Virus record (IMG/VR): IMGVR_UViG_3300035703_000009
Coordinates: 124,001-188,000 of that record
Strand: one strand, 5' to 3'
Length of the DNA: 64,000 bases
The notes under the pieces are model-generated. The model had not been told where the DNA came from. It was given only the letters and a program-made list of their open reading frames with translations, and searched no databases. Positions 60,790 through 64,000 of this stretch are shown one piece after another. Position 1 is the stretch's first letter; every line of letters starts with the position of its first letter. The position numbers and the translations under genes are program-made.

Positions 60790-60876
60790 ATGAAAGCTCA
60801 CAAAAATATGATTACGTTAGATTTCAGCCTTCCAGTTGAGGTGGGGACAGATCGTGAGTGTTTATTTAGGAGTTGA
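60790..60876 (+). CDS. Candidate leader peptide MKAHKNMITLDFSLPVEVGTDRECLFRS
   Basis: 28-codon ORF between a promoter motif and a terminator; contains sequence complementary to the terminator stem. Confidence 0.4.
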   Translation: MKAHKNMITLDFSLPVEVGTDRECLFRS

Positions 60877-60898
60877 GATTTATCAGCATAAGATATTG

Positions 60899-60930
60899 AA
60901 AACCTCAACCCATAAAGTTGAGGTTTTTTT
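60899..60930 (+). terminator. Intrinsic terminator/attenuator directly upstream of the tRNA cluster
   Basis: AAAACCTCAAC-ccataaa-GTTGAGGTTTT followed by a T-run. Confidence 0.75.
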
Positions 60931-60944
60931 GTTTTTAATAACTC

Positions 60945-61016
60945 GGTCCATTGGTGTAGTGGCTAACATTCATCCCTGTCACGGATGCGCCGCGAGTTCG
61001 ATTCTCGCATGGACCG
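60945..61016 (+). tRNA. tRNA-Asp(GTC)
   Basis: Full cloverleaf: GGTCCAT/ATGGACC, CATCC-CTGTCAC-GGATG, GCGAG-TTCGATT-CTCGC. Confidence 0.92.
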
Positions 61017-61028
61017 CAGAAACATTTT

Positions 61029-61040
61029 GTTCTTTGAAAA
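61029..61040 (+). promoter_or_regulatory. boxA-like antitermination motif GTTCTTTGAAAA
   Basis: Identical 12-mer also at 63742, both directly before structured RNAs. Confidence 0.5.
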
Positions 61041-61043
61041 AAT

Positions 61044-61116
61044 GCCGAGGTAGCTCAGTTGGGAGAGCATGAGACTCATAAACTCAAGGTCAGCAGTTCG
61101 ATCCTGCTTCTCGGTA
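61044..61116 (+). tRNA. tRNA-Met/Ile2 (CAT)
   Basis: GCCGAGG/TCTCGGT acceptor, GCTC/GAGC D-stem, CTCATAA loop, AGCAG-TTCGATC-CTGCT. Confidence 0.88.
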
Positions 61117-61129
61117 CGAAAGATAAAAT

Positions 61130-61203
61130 TGCGGGGTAGAGAAGCGGTCATCTCGGAAGTCTCATAAGCTTCAGATCGGAGGTTCGAATCCTCCCTCACG
61201 CAA
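61130..61203 (+). tRNA. Initiator-like tRNA-Met(CAT), atypical
   Basis: TGCGGGG 5' end like fMet tRNAs; bulged base in the 3' acceptor strand (CTCACGCA); anticodon stem lacks the three G-C pairs. Confidence 0.7.
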
Positions 61204-61207
61204 CTAA

Positions 61208-61361
61208 GTCAGTAGCAACGTAAAAGTTACTTCGAAATCCATCATAAGGAAGGGGTCGGTGGTTCGAATCCATCTCTCGGCACTATATTAAAAACTCATG
61301 CCGAGATAGCTCAGTGGTCTAGAGCACTTTAAAGAAAAACACTTTTGCACTTTTCTCTGAC
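61208..61361 (+). ncRNA. Y-RNA (YrlA)-like RNA A: scaffold plus permuted tRNA (CAT loop, T arm, closed acceptor, D arm)
   Basis: GTCAG/CTGAC and GTAAAAGT/ACTTTTGC stems; GGTGG-TTCGAAT-CCATC; TCTCGGCA/TGCCGAGA; GCTC/GAGC. Confidence 0.8.
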
Positions 61362-61401
61362 AAAATTTTAAAAGTTCGATCACGTGTAGTACTGTATCAA
61401 C

Positions 61402-61770
61402 ATGAATGCACTAACCGACCGTCTGCTGGAACTGCCAGCCACAATCGCAGAAAATCAACGTCAGATCTTAGATTTGAGCGGTGACCTGCAACTGGTCTCA
61501 AACAACATCGTTGAGATTGAGACCAAGATAAAACTTTCTATTGCCGCAAAAGTAGATGATGCTGGCAAGAAAGTTTACTCGAATGCCGACGCAAGGGAAG
61601 CTGCCTTTGCAGAAGCTGCTGCTGACGACTTTGAGCTCATTGAGCTTAAGGACGCTCGTGACAAGAAGGAGAAGAGCCTTCAGTTGCTAAAGATCGAGTA
61701 TGAAAAGCTTAGCAACGAACAGCGAAACATCCGTGCAACGTTATATTTTCTTGCCGGAAAGAGCGAATAA
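61402..61770 (+). CDS. Coiled-coil hypothetical protein
   Basis: 122 aa, helical hairpin with KVYSNADARE turn. Confidence 0.65.
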   Translation: MNALTDRLLELPATIAENQRQILDLSGDLQLVSNNIVEIETKIKLSIAAKVDDAGKKVYSNADAREAAFAEAAADDFELIELKDARDKKEKSLQLLKIEYEKLSNEQRNIRATLYFLAGKSE

Positions 61771-61863
61771 AAAGTTTTCAATAAACTGAAAATGTTACGA
61801 TAAACCAAGTAAGTTAATCAAACACAAGTAAGTTTAAAAAAATAAAAACCTTGTACTAAAATT

Positions 61864-63597
61864 ATGGCAAAGTTCAGAAACCAAAATCTTCGTAGCACGC
61901 TAGCTGGTATGCAGCCTGATGCGAAGTTGGTTGAAGCAGCAAAGCTGCCGAAGCCAGACACCAAGAATCGTCAAGGAAACGACGCGTACTCACTCGACAA
62001 GTGGCTCCGTCTCTTGACAATGCTCAACACTCTCAAGCTTGAGAGCCAGTTCTATCGTTCTGAGAACGAGACGATGCGCGAGCTCAAAGCGTTAGTCGAT
62101 GAGTGTGCTAAGGAGGACGCTTACTTTGTTGCTCAAGCAATCGTGTACTCACGTTGCGTAGGTGAAGGAATGCGTTCAGTAAACCACTTGGCTGCAAGCT
62201 ACCTAGCGCCACACTGCGCTGGTCAAGAATGGGCAAAGCGTTTCTACTCACTGTGGAACAAGAAGACCCAATCTGGCGGTACCCTCTTCAGACCTGACGA
62301 CATGTCAGAGATCGTTGCATGCTTTTCAGCAATGAATAAGACTGCAGTGACCAACGCGATGAAGAAGGGCTTCAAGGAAGCTCTCGAAAAGATGGACGCG
62401 TACTCGCTCCTCAAGTACAAGAGCTCTCTCGTTGACGTGATCAACCTCGTTCACCCTGACGCTAAGACAGCGAAGGCAAAGGTTGAGATCTCAGCTGACT
62501 CGTACTTGGCCAAGCTACGTGAACTTGAAAAGGCAACTAAGGACAAGACAAAGAGCAAGGCTCTACTCGAAAAGATTAAGCTCAACGAAAGTGCCAGCGG
62601 AACCGTCAAGGTTTCTGCACTGGATGCGATCATGCTGGGTCTATCAGCGTCAGCTGACACCTGGGAGGTAGCACAATCCGATGCAGGCCAAGAGGTTGCA
62701 AAGGCAGTGAAGGAAGGCAAGCTGACCGAGACTCAGGCTGCGGAAGTCCTCAAGGAAGCAAAGGCTGAAAACTGGGACGCCCTCTTAACCGAAGGCAAGC
62801 TCGGAGTTCTGGCCGCTCTACGAAACATCCGTAACATCGTGAAGACCGCGTCAAAGGGAACAACGGTAGACAAGCTCTGCGCATTGCTCTCAGACGGCGA
62901 GGCTATCCGTAAGGGTAAGATCATGCCGTATCAAATTGACATGGCTCACGAAGTGGTCAATGCTGAGTTCAGCAACGTCGACTCTCGTAAGATTGCGCAA
63001 GCTCTCTTAAAGGGTTACGAAGCTGCAGTGCCTAACCTCGCTGAAGCCCTACCAGGCAGAACTCTCGTGATGGTTGACTTCTCTGGCTCAATGTCGACCA
63101 TGGTTGTTGACCCTAACCGCAAGACCAGCTACCGCAGCTCTTGCATGGATAAGGCAGCCCTGATCGCAGCAACAGTCGCAAAGGCAACCAACGCAGACAT
63201 CATCCGCTTCGGCTCCTCTGCAGAATACGTCAGCTGGAATGCAAATTCCGATGTGTTCTCAATCGCAAAGGCAATGAAGCGTGACATGGGAGGTACCAGC
63301 CTAGCCTCTGCATGGATGGCGGCACAAAGATCTGGACGTAAGTACGATCGAGTGTTCATTCTATCAGACAACGAATGTAACAGTGGCTCAAGCTACAAGG
63401 CGTACGAAAGCTACACCAAGGCATGCGGAAGCCCATACGTTTACTCAGTTGACCTGGCAGCGTACGGAACGACCCAACTCGCAGGAGACAAGGTTCGCTT
63501 CTACTACGGCTATGGTTACTCAATGTTCGATGACATCGCGAAGAGCGAGTTCAACCCGAACTACCACCTCGAAAAGGTGAAGAAGATCGTGATCTAA
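61864..63597 (+). CDS. rsr: Ro60/Rsr TROVE-domain RNA-binding protein with vWA domain
   Basis: N..G..AY, YSLLKY, L.DVINLVHP, TWE, ALRNIRNI; MIDAS DFSGS...GGT...LSDNE. Confidence 0.9.
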   Translation: MAKFRNQNLRSTLAGMQPDAKLVEAAKLPKPDTKNRQGNDAYSLDKWLRLLTMLNTLKLESQFYRSENETMRELKALVDECAKEDAYFVAQAIVYSRCVGEGMRSVNHLAASYLAPHCAGQEWAKRFYSLWNKKTQSGGTLFRPDDMSEIVACFSAMNKTAVTNAMKKGFKEALEKMDAYSLLKYKSSLVDVINLVHPDAKTAKAKVEISADSYLAKLRELEKATKDKTKSKALLEKIKLNESASGTVKVSALDAIMLGLSASADTWEVAQSDAGQEVAKAVKEGKLTETQAAEVLKEAKAENWDALLTEGKLGVLAALRNIRNIVKTASKGTTVDKLCALLSDGEAIRKGKIMPYQIDMAHEVVNAEFSNVDSRKIAQALLKGYEAAVPNLAEALPGRTLVMVDFSGSMSTMVVDPNRKTSYRSSCMDKAALIAATVAKATNADIIRFGSSAEYVSWNANSDVFSIAKAMKRDMGGTSLASAWMAAQRSGRKYDRVFILSDNECNSGSSYKAYESYTKACGSPYVYSVDLAAYGTTQLAGDKVRFYYGYGYSMFDDIAKSEFNPNYHLEKVKKIVI

Positions 63598-63611
63598 TCA
63601 GTCACGGCACT

Positions 63612-63641
63612 GGCTAGGAAGAGGGTGACCTCTTCCTAGCC
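63612..63641 (+). other. Perfect 13-bp hairpin with GTGA (GNRA) loop after rsr
   Basis: GGCTAGGAAGAGG-GTGA-CCTCTTCCTAGCC with no U-tract. Confidence 0.7.
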
Positions 63642-63649
63642 GCTAAAAA

Positions 63650-63730
63650 ACCGAGTGGCAAGTTAAGAGTTACTTCTAACATCAATTTGAAATGACTACA
63701 CAAGCACACTCTTAGCAACATTACCTCGGT
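63650..63730 (+). ncRNA. Y-RNA-like RNA B: scaffold with short non-tRNA insert
   Basis: ACCGAG/CTCGGT, TGGCAA, GTTAAGAGT/ACTCTTAGC, TACTTC...ACAC. Confidence 0.7.
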
Positions 63731-63741
63731 AAATTTTTAAA

Positions 63742-63753
63742 GTTCTTTGAAAA
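63742..63753 (+). promoter_or_regulatory. boxA-like motif GTTCTTTGAAAA
   Basis: Second copy, directly before RNA C. Confidence 0.5.
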
Positions 63754-63759
63754 ATAAAA

Positions 63760-63885
63760 ATCAGGTAGCAACGTAAGGGTTACTTCTAGCTCAATTGGTC
63801 GAGCAATTTTCTGCAAAAAAATGGGTTGTGGGTTCGATCCCCACGAAGCGGCGAAAGCCGTACACCCTTGCAACTTTCTCCTGAT
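63760..63885 (+). ncRNA. Y-RNA-like RNA C: scaffold plus unpermuted tRNA body (D arm, GCA anticodon arm, T arm) and a GNRA hairpin
   Basis: ATCAGG/CCTGAT, GTAAGGGT/ACCCTTGC; GCTC/GAGC; ATTTT-CTGCAAA-AAAAT; GTGGG-TTCGATC-CCCAC; CGGC-GAAA-GCCG. Confidence 0.8.
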
Positions 63886-63896
63886 AACTTAAATTA

Positions 63897-64000
63897 AAGC
63901 GTAGCAAGACTAGAGTTACTTCGCATATTGGTTCGAATCCAATATTTGGCACCTGCCAAATTAGACAAATGGTTAAGTCGACGGTCTCATAAACTGTTTT
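63897..64000 (+). ncRNA. Y-RNA-like RNA D (truncated): scaffold plus permuted tRNA (T arm, closed acceptor, D arm, CAT anticodon arm)
   Basis: TAGCAAG...GAGTTACTTC; ATTGG-TTCGAAT-CCAAT; ATTTGGC-ACCT-GCCAAAT; GAC/GTC; ACGGT-CTCATAA-ACTGT. Confidence 0.75.

Noticed and set aside
60836-61199. ORFs overlapping the tRNA cluster
   Set aside because: They overlap well-formed tRNAs and a terminator.
63783-63848. Ordinary tRNA-Cys(GCA)
   Set aside because: It has only a 4-bp acceptor and no 3' NCCA end, and it is embedded in the shared scaffold.
1-64000. Stop-codon reassignment as seen in some large phages
   Set aside because: Genes are intact and densely packed in code 11, and no suppressor tRNA was seen.

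Overview
This is 64 kb of a large T4-like (jumbo) myophage genome read in the standard genetic code. The host is most likely a Bacteroidota, inferred from the tmRNA tag type, DUF4494/DUF2452-like genes, a Bacteroidota-style lipoprotein and A-rich starts without Shine-Dalgarno sites. Most of the window is a late/structural module: large virion proteins, neck, tail completion, baseplate, large terminase, an ECF-like sigma factor, and three paralogous Gly/Cys-rich repeat fibre proteins. Mixed in are a tmRNA, ribosomal protein bS21, Nudix, lysin, DNA ligase, thyA, an FkbM/MBD4-like/glycosyltransferase trio and a sulfation/glycosylation operon. The most striking feature is at the right end. A Ro60/TROVE gene is surrounded by tRNAs and at least four Y-RNA-like ncRNAs that share one conserved scaffold (stem-TRGCAA-stem-TACTTC...ACAC-stem-stem). 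Three of them carry tRNA-derived cargo, each in a different circular permutation, and keep anticodon loops (CAT, GCA, CAT). The cluster lies behind a candidate leader-peptide attenuator and contains boxA-like motifs. Other notable signals: a probable -1 frameshift that extends a head protein, a T4-like capsid-targeting motif on about 10 accessory proteins, two promoter classes, and a 129-bp identical inverted block shared by distant fibre genes. All family calls come from motifs recognised by eye, not from database searches.
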